Made by a program: the position numbers and the translations under genes. Shown here in pieces: positions 11,405 through 23,242 of a DNA stretch of 64,000 nt. Source of the DNA: an uncultured delta proteobacterium (GTDB taxonomy: Bacteria; Desulfobacterota; Binatia; Binatales; Binataceae); NCBI GenBank assembly GCA_963805315.1, contig CAWDTQ010000002.1:137694-201693 (forward strand), given 5' to 3'. Within the stretch, counting starts at the first letter, position 1. The number at the start of each line of letters is the position of its first letter. Under the pieces are notes generated by a model. That model ran no database searches. It saw only the letters and a list, made by a program, of their open reading frames with translations, and was not told the DNA's origin.

Positions 11405-12598
11405 ATGAGCTTGCTCGTTCTCACGCGACGCAGTTCTGAAGCGAAAAGAGAGTCGGCGCGACTGCTCCTCAATGTTCGACTCGTCGCGCGCGCTTTCTTC
11501 CTGCTCGTTGTTTCCATTGCGATCCTTGGATGCGGTCACAAGCAGGAGGCGGCGCCCGACTCGATTCCCGTCACGGTGCAGACGGTGGCGATGGCCATTG
11601 GGGCGGCGGGCGGAGCCTATTCGGCTAACATTGTCGCGGATACGCAGGTGGACGTTGCCTTCAAGGTCAACGGCTACGTGCAATCGATCCTGCAGGTGAA
11701 AGGTGCTGACGGCCGGCCGCGCAATGTACAGGCGGGCGACGCCGTGAAGGCGGGCGCGGTGCTCGCGGTGGTGAAGGACGACACCTATCGCAACAGCCTG
11801 ACCAAGGCTCAATCCGATTTACAAAACTCGCGCGCCACGCTGACCAAAGCGAAGGCGGATTTCGCGCGCTACACGCATCTGCTGGAGGAGCGCGTCATCT
11901 CGAGGGCCGACTATGATGCGTCCAAACAGCAGTACGAATCCGCGCAGGCGGCGGTCGGCGCGTCGCAGGCCGCGGTACAGCAGGCGCAGGTCGATCTCGA
12001 CGACTGCAAACTCAAATCGCCGATGAGCGCACTGGTACTCGATCGCAGGATCGAGGTCGGCACGCTGGTCGCGCCCAACACCGTCGGCTTTCAAATTGGC
12101 GACACCGGCAAGGTGAAGGTCGTGTTCGGCGTGCCGGGATCGATCGTCGGTGAGTTGAAACCCGGAGCGGAGATTTCGGCCACGGTCGATGCCTTCCCGG
12201 GCCAGACGTTCAAGGGCGCGATTTCCAAGGTCGCGGCCGTCGCGGATCCCAACACCCGCGTGTTCGACATCGAGGCTACGATTCCAAACTCCGACGCGCG
12301 CCTGCGGGTCGGCATGATCGCCGCGCTCCATCTGCCGGCCAGCACACGAGCGAAGAGCATCCTGGTCGTGCCGACGCGAGCGATAGTGCGGCCGCCCGAC
12401 GATCCAGAGGGTTACGCGGTGTACGTTGTGGAAAAGGACGCCGACGGCAAGCTGGTCGCTCAGCTTAAGAAGGTCGAGATAGGACCGGTGGTGGGAGATC
12501 GGGTTTCGATCGAGTCGGGAATCGACGCGGGCGCGCAAGTGATAGTCAGGGGCGCGGACATAGTCTCCAACGGCGCCGGCATCAACATAGTTCCATAG
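11405..12598 (+). CDS. efflux RND transporter periplasmic adaptor (membrane fusion protein, HlyD family)
   Basis: 397 aa. Lipobox AILGC, coiled-coil hairpin (LQNSRATLTKAKADFARY...AQAAVGASQAAVQQAQVDLDDCKLKSP) and beta-barrel blocks. Sits immediately upstream of the RND permease. Confidence 0.9.
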   Translation: MSLLVLTRRSSEAKRESARLLLNVRLVARAFFLLVVSIAILGCGHKQEAAPDSIPVTVQTVAMAIGAAGGAYSANIVADTQVDVAFKVNGYVQSILQVKGADGRPRNVQAGDAVKAGAVLAVVKDDTYRNSLTKAQSDLQNSRATLTKAKADFARYTHLLEERVISRADYDASKQQYESAQAAVGASQAAVQQAQVDLDDCKLKSPMSALVLDRRIEVGTLVAPNTVGFQIGDTGKVKVVFGVPGSIVGELKPGAEISATVDAFPGQTFKGAISKVAAVADPNTRVFDIEATIPNSDARLRVGMIAALHLPASTRAKSILVVPTRAIVRPPDDPEGYAVYVVEKDADGKLVAQLKKVEIGPVVGDRVSIESGIDAGAQVIVRGADIVSNGAGINIVP

Positions 12599-12608
12599 GC
12601 GCGATCCA

Positions 12609-15600
12609 ATGGCGCATCGACCTGACGCTGAAATAATCGCGACTACTCACAACACGGCGCGCTTCTTTACCGAGAACCGGCAGATTTCGTGGGTGGCGCT
12701 GCTGATCGTCATCGCGTGGGGCATCTACGGCTACGACAAAATGCCCAAGCGCAAGGATCCCGACATACCGGTGAAGGAAGCGCAGGTCGTGTGCGCATGG
12801 CCGGGCGTCAGCGCCGACCGCGTCGAGCAACTGGTCACCCGCAAGATCGAGCAGAAACTCGGCGAGGTCTCAAATGTGCGCGCGCCCTCTGCCGAGGAGT
12901 ATTCGATCAAATCGCTGACGCTCGACGGAGTGTCGGTGGTCAACGTCCAGGTCGATTACACCGTCAATAACCTCAAGCCTGTCTTCAACGAGATGGACTT
13001 GAAGCTGAGAAGCATCACCGACCTGCCCAAGGGCGCGGGTCCGATCCAGTTTTTCGCCGACTTTGGCGATACCGCAGCGCTGATGCTGACGGTGGCGAGT
13101 CCGAAGGAAAGCGAGGTCGCGGTCTCGCTTCGCGCCAGAGAGATAGCGGCGGCAATCAAGGCGGCGCGCGGCTACGAGGGCCGATGCGGCGAAGCGCGCA
13201 ACCGTGGTGGTTGCGTTTCCGATGGGTATCGACGCACCGAATATCGGCGAAAGCGTGAGCGGGGTTCTTGGGCCATGCCTTTCGAAGAGCGGAGCGCTCA
13301 CCGACACACGCCCGATCGTGGGCAAAGGCTTCGTCGGCCTCGACGGTGTCGCGCAATCCGACGACCAACTGCAATCGGCATTCCTCGCATGCGTCGAGCA
13401 AAAATACGGCTCGGCGTCATTCGATCCGGACATCTGGCAGCCGGTCGTGGTTCGCAATCCCGACGACGCGCAGGCGCGGCTCGATACGGTTGCGGGCGAC
13501 AAGTACAGCTTCCGCGAGCTGGACGACTTCACCGATCTGATCAAGCGCGGGCTGACCGGAGTGCCGCAGGTATCGAAGATCTTGATCTCCGGTGATCTGC
13601 CGCAATGGATCGACCTGGAATATTCGCAGTTCAAACTCGCGGCCTACGGAATCACGCCGAGCAAGATCTCGCAGGTGTTGGCGGCGCGAAATATCGTCTC
13701 GCCCGGCGGTTCGATCGAAACCAACGGGCGCAACCTGATCGTCCTGCCGTCAGGCGAGTTCAAGAGCGAGAAGGCGATTGGCGACGTAATCATCGGCAAG
13801 TCGGCGACCGGCACGCCGCTCTACCTGCGCGACCTCGTCACTATTACCCGCGGCTACCAGGACCCGGCGCGCTACCTCAATACCTACACCGTGCGCGACG
13901 CCGCCGGCGGCTGGCAGACGCATCGCGCGATCACGATTGCCGTGCAGATGCGTTCGGGCGAGCAGATTCATCTATTTGGCGAAAACGTCGATCATCAGAT
14001 GGCGTTGCTTCGCCGGCAACTGCCGTCGGATCTGATCATGGCCCGAACTTCGGACCAGCCGCGGCAGGTCGAGGAAAACATCGAGCTGCTGAATCATGCG
14101 CTGGAGGAAGCGATCGTGCTGGTCGTGATAACGGCGCTGATCGGATTCTGGGAGTGGCGCTCGGCTTTGTTGATGGCGGTATCGATTCCGCTGACATTGC
14201 TGATGACGTTCGGGTTCATGGACCTGGTCGGATGGGACATCCAGCAAGTCTCGATCGCGTCGTTGATCATTGCGCTGGGTCTGTTGATCGACGACCCGGT
14301 CGTGGCCGGCGACGCAATCAAGCGCGACCTGGACTCCGGGCATCCGCGGATCATCTCCGCGTGGCTGGGACCCACCAAGCTGGCGCGCGCGATCCTGTAC
14401 GCCACGATCACCAACGTAGTCGCGTACTTGCCGTTCGGCTTACTCACCAAGGACACCGGCAAATTCCTGATTTCGCTGCCGGTCGTGATGACGGCGTCGC
14501 TGATCGCATCGCGCCTGGTCTCGATGACGTTCATCCCCATGCTCGGTTACTACTGGCTGCGCCCGGCGAAGAAGAAACCGCTGCCAATCGAACAGCAGCG
14601 CGTTCAAGGCTTTAGCGGTTACTACTATCGCACGGGACATTGGTGCCTGGAGCATCGATGGCTGACGCTGGCGGCCTCGATTGTGTTCCTGGTGGCGGGA
14701 TTCAAGCTGGGCGGTATGTTGAAGTCGGCGTTCTTCCCGCTCGATCTCCAGTTCCTGTCCACGGTCGATATTTTCCTGCCCAACGACAGCGCGTTGACCG
14801 AGACCACCGCAGCGGCCGCGAAGGCACGCGAAATAATTCAGCAGCAGGCGCATCAGATCGACCTTGCGGAATCGACGGGCGACGAGAGTGCGCATCATAT
14901 GTTGAAGTCGCTGACTACCTTCGTCGGCGGCGGCGGTCCGCGTTTCTGGTACTCGCTGGCACCCGAATCGAAACAGGTCAACTATGCGCAAATCGTCATC
15001 GAGATTGACGACCGGCGCGCGATGTCGCAGTTCGCCAAGGTGCTGCAACCCGCGCTGACGGCCGCGATTCCCGGCGCGTACGTCGATGTGCAGGAGTTGC
15101 AGACTAACGGCTCCAAGAATCCGATCGAAGTTTTCGTCAGCGGCCGCGCGGAGTCCACGCTCAGCGGCGAAACCGAGGATATCGCGACGCTGCGCAAGAT
15201 CGCCGGCGAACTCGAGGGCATTCTCCGTGCCGTTCCCTATGCGCGCCGGGTTCGCAACGATTGGTTTGGGCAAACGATGGTCGCGCGGCTCGAAATCGAT
15301 CCCGATCGCGCCAACCTGGCCGGGATTACCAACGAAGACGTCGCAGCTTCAACCACTGCCAGCCTTAGCGGCACGCCGGTGGCGACGCTGCTCGAAGGGG
15401 ACAAGCAAATTCCGGTCGTCGCGCGCCTTTACCGGCGCGAGCGCGCTACCGTGCCGGATCTGGAAAATCTTTACGTCTATCCGTCCAGCGGGGGCCAGCC
15501 GATCCCGCTCAAAGCGATCTCGTCGGTGCACTACGAGCTCGAGACTCAGCGAATCCGCCGCCGCGCGCACTATCGCACCATAACCGTCGCGGCCTTCACG

Positions 15601-16287
15601 GCGCCCGGGGTGCTGGCTTCGGAAGTCCTTAATGCGGCGCTGCCAAAGATCAAGGAGCTGCAAGCTACGATACCTACCGGTTACAAAATCGAGATAGGCG
15701 GTGAGTACGCCAAGCAGCAGACCGGGTTCGGAGAGCTAGGTGTAATCTTGTTGATCTCCTGTCTAATGATCTACGTAGCACTGGTCATCCAGTTCAATAG
15801 TGCTATCAAACCGGTGCTGGTATTCGCGTGCGTGCCATACGGCGTGGTCGGGGCGCTGCTGGCGCTGCTGGTTATGGGAACGCCTTTCGGCTTTATGGCA
15901 TTCCTGGGCATAGCAAGTCTCATAGGTGTCATTGTCAGTCACGTTATAGTGCTGTTCGATTTCATCGAGGAGATGCATGAGAAGGGCGAACCATTCATGG
16001 AGGCGGTGCTCGACGCGGGCATCGAGCGGCTGCGTCCGGTGCTGATCACGGTCGGCGCAGCGGTGCTGGCATTGGTGCCGCTTTCGATTCGAGGGGGTCC
16101 GCTATGGGAGCCTCTATGCTATGCGCAGATAGGAGGTCTTAGCGTCGCCACTTTTATCGAATTGCTGCTGGTGCCGGTGTTTTACGGAATATTCGTGTTC
16201 GATTTGAAAATTATCAAGTGGGAGACTCTACACCCCGAGACCGCGCCCGGCACGGTAATTCCACTCCGCGGGACTGCGGAAGACTGA
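12609..16287 (+). CDS. efflux RND transporter permease (AcrB/HAE family), ~1225 codons; apparent +1 frame break near 13178-13181
   Basis: ORF 12609..13595 is protein-like up to ...AAIKAARGYE and then Arg-rich junk. ORF 13204..16287 continues in the next frame (ADAAKRATVVVAFPMGIDAP...) with two 6-TM bundles. Confidence 0.9.
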
Positions 16288-16293
16288 GTCTGA

Positions 16294-17074
16294 ATGATAG
16301 GATACCTTTCCGTCGATAATGATGCTGCGGCAGTGGCGGCGGCGGTCGCGGTTGCGATGGTTGTGGGCTGGCTGGCGGGACGCTGGCGCGGCCGCCGGCT
16401 GCGCGTCGTATTGGAACGGGAGGGAAAAGCTCGCCGTATCTAAATTCGTCGATGCAAGTCTCGCGGTTCTTGGATTGCTGCTTGCCTTTACCTTTTCAAC
16501 GGCTCTTAGCAAGCACGACCAACGACGGCTGATGGTTGTCACCGACAGCAACGCTATCGGCGACTTCTACACTTGTGCCAGCCTGCTTAAGGAACCCGTG
16601 CGAACCAAACTACGGACTGTCATCCACGATTATGCGGCTCTGCGGATGGACGTCTCCAAACGTGCCGATAGTTCGGGTGCTCTCGAAAACGCACTCAGCC
16701 AATTCCAGCAGATGCACGACCAGATGGTCGAGCTGGTGTCTGAAGCGCTGGCGGATGGCACACCTATCGCGGTATCTCTGACCAACACCCTCAATGGAGT
16801 AACCAGCAGCCAAGCGACACGCTTGGCAGCAGTCAGGGATCGATTGCCCGCGAGTATAGTGTTGCTGCTACTTTTATCCGCCGTAATTTCCGCGATGCTC
16901 GTTGGAAGGGAGCAAGGAGCGTCCGACGAAGCCGACATCGCCGGCACCGTTTGTTTCATCCTGCTTATCAGCTTTGTGATCTACGTTACATTAGATCTCA
17001 ATCAGCCGAGCCGCGGCATCATTAGACCGAGCCAGGAGCCGATCGAGCGGTTGCTATCGACTATGTCTCAGTGA
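16294..17074 (+). CDS. DUF4239-like membrane protein; apparent +1 frame break around 16415-16440
   Basis: ATG 16294 gives a TM helix (AAAVAAAVAVAMVVGWLAGRWRGRRL) and stops at 16441. ORF 16319..17074 becomes protein-like only from SKFVDASLAVLGLLLAFTFSTALSKHDQRRLMVV. Joining the two gives the usual family architecture. Confidence 0.6.
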
Positions 17075-17096
17075 ATTGACAGGAGATCGTTGAGCT

Positions 17097-17477
17097 ATGG
17101 CATCGAAAGATCGCTCGAACGAACCACCAAAGACTGTGGAACCCTCACCAGCCACGAGCAAGGCCGCGAGTCCGGACACCGAATGGCCCAAACTTCTCGC
17201 GCGCGTAGTTGAAGGAATAGTCACCGCCGAGTTGCACGAGTTCGAAGACAACGTGATGGAATTCCTGGATTCCGCCGTTGCGGACGCCTCTGCGACCTTC
17301 ATCCGAGTGTGCGCGTGGGTCATTGGCGCCGCCTTCCTGCTGACCGGGCTGACCCTGTTTGCGGGAAAGTGGATGGAATGGTGGGCGGCCTTTGCGTCGG
17401 TCGGCGTGGTAGTCATCGCGCTGGGTTCTATTGCTGGCGCCAGGCGTCGTCGACGCAGGCGCCGATCACGCCGATAG
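17097..17477 (+). CDS. hypothetical membrane protein
   Basis: 126 aa with two predicted TM helices (VCAWVIGAAFLLTGLTLFAG, AAFASVGVVVIALGSIAG) and a poly-Arg C-terminus. Confidence 0.5.
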   Translation: MASKDRSNEPPKTVEPSPATSKAASPDTEWPKLLARVVEGIVTAELHEFEDNVMEFLDSAVADASATFIRVCAWVIGAAFLLTGLTLFAGKWMEWWAAFASVGVVVIALGSIAGARRRRRRRRSRR

Positions 17478-17563
17478 CACGACTGCAAAGTGAGCCTCCG
17501 CGCATCTCGATCTAATTTAACAGATAATATAAATCGACAAGTTCGGAAGCGGGAGGCGAGAAG

Positions 17564-18520
17564 ATGCCACATTGGTACGAGGATAATTCACGATCGATCG
17601 GACACACGCCGCTGGTGCGGCTAAATCGCGTCACCGACGGCTCGCCGGCGATAGTTTTCGGCAAGATTGAAGGACGCGGCCCCGCGTACTCGGTCAAAGA
17701 CCGAATCGGCGCCGCGATGGTTTGGGACGCAGAGAAGCGCGGCCTGCTCGGTCCCGGCAAGGAGCTGGTCGAACCGACCAGCGGCAACACCGGGATCGCG
17801 CTCGCGTTCGTCGCGGCCGCCCGCAATATCCCGCTGACCCTGACGATGCCGGATACGATGAGCCTCGAGCGGCGCAAATTGCTGATCGCCTACGGCGCGA
17901 AGCTGGTGCTGACGGAAGGCGCGCGCGGCATGAGCGGAGCGATCGCGAAGGCCGAGGAAATCCAGGCGTCGGCGCCGGAGCGCTACGTCCTGCTGCAGCA
18001 GTTCAAGAATCCCGCGAATCCCGCGATCCACGAGGCCACTACCGGACCGGAAATCTGGAGCGACACTGACGGCGCGATCGATATCTTCGTGTCGGGCGTC
18101 GGCACCGGCGGCACTATCACCGGAGTTTCGCGGTACATCAAACGAACCAAAGGCAAAGCTATCGTTTCGGTGGCGGTCGAGCCGACTGCGAGTCCTGTCA
18201 TCACGCAGCAGCGGAGCGGACAGCCCCTGAAGCCGGGGCCGCACAAGATCCAGGGCATCGGCGCGGGCTTCGTGCCTGAAAACCTGGACCTCTCGCTCGT
18301 CGATGTGGTCGAGCAGGTCAGCAACGAAGAGGCGATCGAGTACGCGCGGCGGCTGACTCGCGAAGAAGGAATTCTGTCGGGCATTTCGTGTGGCGCCGCC
18401 GTCGCGGTGGCCGCCCGCATCGCCAAGCGTCCGCAGAACGCGGGCAAGACCATAGTCGTCGTGCTGCCCGATTCCGGTGAACGATACCTGAGCACGGCGC
18501 TGTTCGAAGGTATTGCCTAA
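17564..18520 (+). CDS. cysK: cysteine synthase A (O-acetylserine sulfhydrylase)
   Basis: 318 aa. PLP-lysine motif SVKDRIG, then [10 protein letters not shown] and [19 protein letters not shown] upstream. Confidence 0.92.
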   Translation: MPHWYEDNSRSIGHTPLVRLNRVTDGSPAIVFGKIEGRGPAYSVKDRIGAAMVWDAEKRGLLGPGKELVEPTSGNTGIALAFVAAARNIPLTLTMPDTMSLERRKLLIAYGAKLVLTEGARGMSGAIAKAEEIQASAPERYVLLQQFKNPANPAIHEATTGPEIWSDTDGAIDIFVSGVGTGGTITGVSRYIKRTKGKAIVSVAVEPTASPVITQQRSGQPLKPGPHKIQGIGAGFVPENLDLSLVDVVEQVSNEEAIEYARRLTREEGILSGISCGAAVAVAARIAKRPQNAGKTIVVVLPDSGERYLSTALFEGIA

Positions 18521-18526
18521 GGCCAC

Positions 18527-20852
18527 GTGTCCAGCGTGAGTAAGCTTTTAATTAACCCGCCCGCTCTGAACGGGTCGCATTGGGGCGCGTTCGAGCCGGT
18601 CGTGGTCGACGGACGCGTGACGGAAGCGCGGCCCTTCTTGAGGGATCCGGATCCTTCGCCGCTGCTGCTCTCGATTCCCGATGCGCTGCATCATCATAGC
18701 CGCGTGACGCAACCGGCGGTGCGGGCGGGATGGCTCGAGCACGGCCCCGGCGGCGTGCGAGATCGCCGCGGCGCCGATCGCTACGTGCCGGTCAGCTGGG
18801 GGCGCGCTCTCGACCTGATCGCCGATGAAATCAAGCGCGTGATTCGCGAGCGCGGCAATCAGGCAATCTACGCCGGCTCATACGGATGGGGCAGCGCCGG
18901 CAAGTTTCATCATGCGCGCACGCAGCTACAGCGCTTCCTCGGCGGAATCGGCGGATTCACGGGAGCGCGAGACACCTATAGCAACGCGGCGGGTGCGGTG
19001 CTCGTGAAAAACGTTCTCGGCAGTCTGCAAGCGATGAACGGTCCCGGCACCAGTTGGAAGAGCATCGCCGATCATGCGGACCTGGTCGTGATGTTCGGCG
19101 GATTGCCGACGCGCAATACGCAGGTCACTCCGGGCGGAGTGGGCGAGCACACAACGCGCGGCTGGCTGGAAACGGTCAAGGCTGCCCGCGTCGAGTTCTG
19201 CAATATCAGTCCGATGCGCGACGACGCGGCCGCGTTCCTCGACGCGGAGTGGATCGCGCCGCGGCCGCATAGCGATACCGCACTGATGCTGGCGCTCGCG
19301 CACACGCTGATTGTCGAAGGACTGCACGACGCGGACTTCCTCGCGCGCCACTGCGCCGGATTCAATCGCTTCCGCGATTATCTGCTCGGTGACGAAGACG
19401 GCGTCGCGAAGTCGGCCGATTGGGCGTCGGACTTGAGCGAAATATCGGCCGACAGGATTCGCGGTCTGGCGCGAAAGATGGCGACGTCGCGAACTTTCAT
19501 CAACGTCAACTGGTCTTTGCAGCGCGGCGATCACGGTGAGCAGCCGATATGGGCGGCGATCGCGCTAGCCGCCGTGCTTGGCCAGATCGGCTTGCCTGGC
19601 GGAGGTTTCGGCTTCGGTTACGGAAGCATGGAAGGTCTCGCCGGCATGCTGCAGGAGGCGCCGATTCCCACTCTGCCGCCCGGTCGCAACCCGATCCGCA
19701 GTTTCATCCCGGTGGCCAGAATCGCGGACCTGCTTCTCAACCCGGGGCAGCCGTTCCAGTACGACGGGCGCGACCTCGTTTATCCCGATATCGACCTCGT
19801 CTATTGGTGCGGCGGCAATCCGTTTCACCATCATCAGGACATCAACCGTCTGATCCGCGCGTGGCGGCGGCCTGCGACGATCGTTGTTCACGACCCGTGG
19901 TGGACCGCGACTGCGCGCCACGCCGATATCGTGCTGCCAACGACGACGACGCTCGAGCGCGACGATATCGGCGCCAGTCCGCGCGATCGATTCATCATCG
20001 CGATGAAGCAGGCGATCGCGCCGGTCGGTGAGGCGCGCGACGACTTCGCAATTTTTGGCGAACTCGCGGAACGATTCGGAACGCGCGAGTCGTTCACCGA
20101 GGGACGCAGCACAATCGAATGGTTGCGCCACATCTACGACAAGGCGCGCGAGCGCGCGAATCCCCGCGTGATCGAGTGGCCCGTCTTCGACGAGTTCTGG
20201 CGGCGCGGTTATCTCGAAATTCCCGCAGCGTCGACGCCGCACGTGCTGTTCGAGGAATTCAGGATGAATCCGGACGCAAATCCGCTGCCGACGCCGTCAG
20301 GACGAATCGAAATCTTTTCAGAAAAAATCGCCAGCTATAACTACGCGGATTGTCCCGGACATCCCACCTGGCTCGAGCCCGCTGAATGGCTGGGCAGCGA
20401 AGCGGCGCGCGAATTTCCTCTGCATCTCCTGACCACGCAGCCGCCTACGCGACTGCACGGTCAGATGGATATGGGGCGAGTCAGCCAGCGGAGCAAGGTC
20501 GCGGGGCGCGAGCCGATGCGCATCAATCGCGCTGATGCCGACGCGCGGGGAATTCGCGACGGCGATGTCGTGCGGGTTTTCAACACGCGTGGCGCGATCC
20601 TGGCCGGAGCGATTCTCAACCGACGACATTCGTCCCGGCGTGATTCAAATCTCGACCGGCGCATGGTACGACCCGGTCGAGCCGGGTGCGATTGGCAGTC
20701 TCGACAAGCACGGCAACCCGAATGTGCTCACGCTCGACAAGGGAACGTCGCGGCTTGCGCAAGGCCCAAGCGCTCAGACCACACTCGTCCAGGTCGAGAA
20801 ATTCGTCGGCGAGCCGCCTCCCGTCAGCGCCTTCGAAACGCCGACTATCTGA
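18527..20852 (+). CDS. molybdopterin-dependent S-/N-oxide reductase (BisC/TorZ/DmsA-related, cytoplasmic type); apparent +1 frame break near 20611-20621
   Basis: ORF 18527..20899 is protein-like to ...VRVFNTRGAILAGAIL. The true C-terminus (TDDIRPGVIQISTGAWYDPVEPG...HGNPNVLTLDKGTSRLAQGPSAQTTLVQVEKF) is in ORF 20535..20852. The N-terminus SHWGAF has no twin-arginine signal. Confidence 0.8.
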
Positions 20853-21761
20853 TCAGCTCCCGACTGCGTCGTTGTACTTCGGTGACGACGCCTTCATGAA
20901 GCGCAGCAGCATCCTCATCTCTGCGACGCGCTTGCCGTCCGCTTCATTCAGCGCGGTTTCGAACCACATGTATTCGGTCTTGGGACTCTGGCCGAGCGCC
21001 ACGATACTCCCACCCACGCGATACGGATGTTCGACCATGACCGGTCCGTTGATGTTGCGCAGTTCGATCGCGCCGAACAGTCCCACCGCCTGGCCGAGCT
21101 TGCCGCGCAGCGTCGCGATCGATTGCGAGTAGAGCAACTGCACCATCGTCGCCGGAGTGGCGATCGCACCACCCCACGGCGAGGGCTTTGCGTACCATTC
21201 GATCGGTTCGGTGATGACCTTCATCCGTTCGCTCATCGCATCTTTCGTCAGAAACGCGCCGCACTCTTCAAACTTATCGCCGACTTTAAGCCCGCCGAGG
21301 ATCCGCAGCTGCCCCGCGTCGAATCGATCGAGCGGACGCCGAAGCAGTGCGCTCGGCTCCCCGGGGCTTCCGACTGACGCGGTGCCTTCCGCAACGCGCA
21401 TGCCGTCATCGCGCTCGATCCAGATATCGACCTGTGCGTCGGTCGCGTCGGCGGGCGGCTCCTTGAGGAACGCGCGTATCGCTTCGCGATCGGTCGTCGC
21501 GTTGAGGAAGTACATCGAGATCGTGCCGCGCTCGAACCATCGCTTGCCGAACGCCTTCAGCAGGATCGGCGGGAACAACTCAAGGTGGATCGATCCTGCG
21601 ACGGTGCCTCCGCGAAAGCCGAGCTTGGTCGCCGTCGCGTCATCGTGGATGCTGCCCTTCACGTTGCGGGCGTTGTTTTGAGATCGGCGCAGCGGGCCGA
21701 CGAACACATGATCGCGCAATTCGATTTCCGAATTCATGGTGCCGTCCTGAAGCCGATTCAA
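20853..21761 (-). CDS. hypothetical protein, possibly double hot-dog fold (MaoC-dehydratase-like)
   Basis: 302-aa ORF with normal composition. IHDDATATKLGFRGGTVAGSIHL resembles hot-dog dehydratase N-terminal segments. The assignment is weak. Confidence 0.45.
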   Translation of the reverse strand: MNRLQDGTMNSEIELRDHVFVGPLRRSQNNARNVKGSIHDDATATKLGFRGGTVAGSIHLELFPPILLKAFGKRWFERGTISMYFLNATTDREAIRAFLKEPPADATDAQVDIWIERDDGMRVAEGTASVGSPGEPSALLRRPLDRFDAGQLRILGGLKVGDKFEECGAFLTKDAMSERMKVITEPIEWYAKPSPWGGAIATPATMVQLLYSQSIATLRGKLGQAVGLFGAIELRNINGPVMVEHPYRVGGSIVALGQSPKTEYMWFETALNEADGKRVAEMRMLLRFMKASSPKYNDAVGS

Positions 21762-21801
21762 GCAGGTCTTGCCGTTATCGGCAAACTTGACGACGACGGC
21801 A

Positions 21802-23232
21802 TCATCGTCGTGTTGTCGGAATAAGGCTCTGCCACCTGAGTCTTGCCGATCTCAGTTCGGCGACCGGACCCGCCGCACAACGTTCAAGCGTGGCCGGCTC
21901 GGGATTTTTTCCGCGCGCGATCAACGATAGCGACGCGGCGCCGCGAAGAGTTCCGGTCTCGTCCGTGGAACGAAACACTGGCTGTGGCTCGCGCAGCGCC
22001 GCGAGTGCGGATGCGAACGCGTCGTTGGACGCAAGTCGTCCTTCCACGATGATATCGCCGCGCGCCTCGAGCATCGTGATGCAGTAGTCGGTCATCAGCG
22101 CACAATACATCGCCGCCAGTGCCGCTCGATGGCGCGGGGCGTCGGGAACGTTGCCCACGATGTGGCCGACTTGCGCGCGGAAGGGACCGCCCTGGTCTGC
22201 GAACGAAGGAATCGGCAACGCGCCGGATGCGAGAACGAAGTCCAGGTCGTCCACGGACGGCGCGGCCACGACCGAATCGGCGCCGCAAATCGCCTCGTAC
22301 TCGCGACCTCCCATGAAACGCGCCGTCGGCACCGCGTTGCCGAACGCATCGACGTTCGCGAGCGTGTCCGTTTCCTCGCGCAGCACTTCAAGCGGGCTGC
22401 CATTCGCCATCGCGACGATCCAGGTGCCGGTCGAAACGACGCAGAAAGGTTGTTCGCGAGTCGCACGATGCGCGAGATACGACGCGTTGCTGTCATGGAT
22501 TCCAGCGAGAATCCTGCACTCATCGGAAAGACCGGTGGCGGCGGCGACCTCCGGAATCGGAGGTCCAAGGGAAGTCCATGCGCTCGCGCGTCGGCCGAAT
22601 CGCGAGTCCCATCTCATCGTCTTCGCGAAGGGAGAGAAGTCTCCACGTTCCGGATCCCAAAGATCGGTGTGGCAGCCGAGCGAGGTGGGCTCCCAGGCGC
22701 GGACGCCGCACAGGCGCGCCGCCCAGTATTGCGGGTACGGAACGATCGTCGCGCGGCTGAATTCTCGCGGAAAGTGCCGCCGCTGCCAGAAGAGCTGCCG
22801 CCCAAGGTTGAGACCCGCCGGAAGCTTGGGCGACGCCGTCCGCGCAAAGTCGCGCGCGAGCGCATCGTAGTCAGCATCGACGTCGAATACGCCGCGAAAT
22901 TCGTAGTCCATGATCGGCAGCACCAGCCCGTCGTTGTCGACCAGCGCAGCGCACGCACCATGAGTGACCGGCACGACGGAATGAACTTCGAAGTCGCGCG
23001 CGAGTGCCGCAAGCCCGTCGATTAGCCACGCATACAACGCGTCGGAGTCGAAGTGCGGATATGGCGGTGAGCTATCGACAAAGTTCCGGCGCTCGAGAGT
23101 GGCCATCGCGACGCCGGAATCGTTGACTGCTGACAGCCGCACGTTGCTTTTGCCGATGTCGAGGACGGCAACAGCTTCGGGACGTGCCTTGTTCACCTTC
23201 GCACCATTACTCAATCGGCCGACTTCGCTCAA
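21802..23232 (-). CDS. FGGY-family carbohydrate kinase (rhamnulokinase-like)
   Basis: 476 aa. N-terminal phosphate-1 loop AVLDIGKSNVRLS and actin-fold ATPase layout. Divergent from rhamnose aldolase/isomerase genes. Confidence 0.7.
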   Translation of the reverse strand: MSEVGRLSNGAKVNKARPEAVAVLDIGKSNVRLSAVNDSGVAMATLERRNFVDSSPPYPHFDSDALYAWLIDGLAALARDFEVHSVVPVTHGACAALVDNDGLVLPIMDYEFRGVFDVDADYDALARDFARTASPKLPAGLNLGRQLFWQRRHFPREFSRATIVPYPQYWAARLCGVRAWEPTSLGCHTDLWDPERGDFSPFAKTMRWDSRFGRRASAWTSLGPPIPEVAAATGLSDECRILAGIHDSNASYLAHRATREQPFCVVSTGTWIVAMANGSPLEVLREETDTLANVDAFGNAVPTARFMGGREYEAICGADSVVAAPSVDDLDFVLASGALPIPSFADQGGPFRAQVGHIVGNVPDAPRHRAALAAMYCALMTDYCITMLEARGDIIVEGRLASNDAFASALAALREPQPVFRSTDETGTLRGAASLSLIARGKNPEPATLERCAAGPVAELRSARLRWQSLIPTTRR

Positions 23233-23242
23233 TTGAATTACA

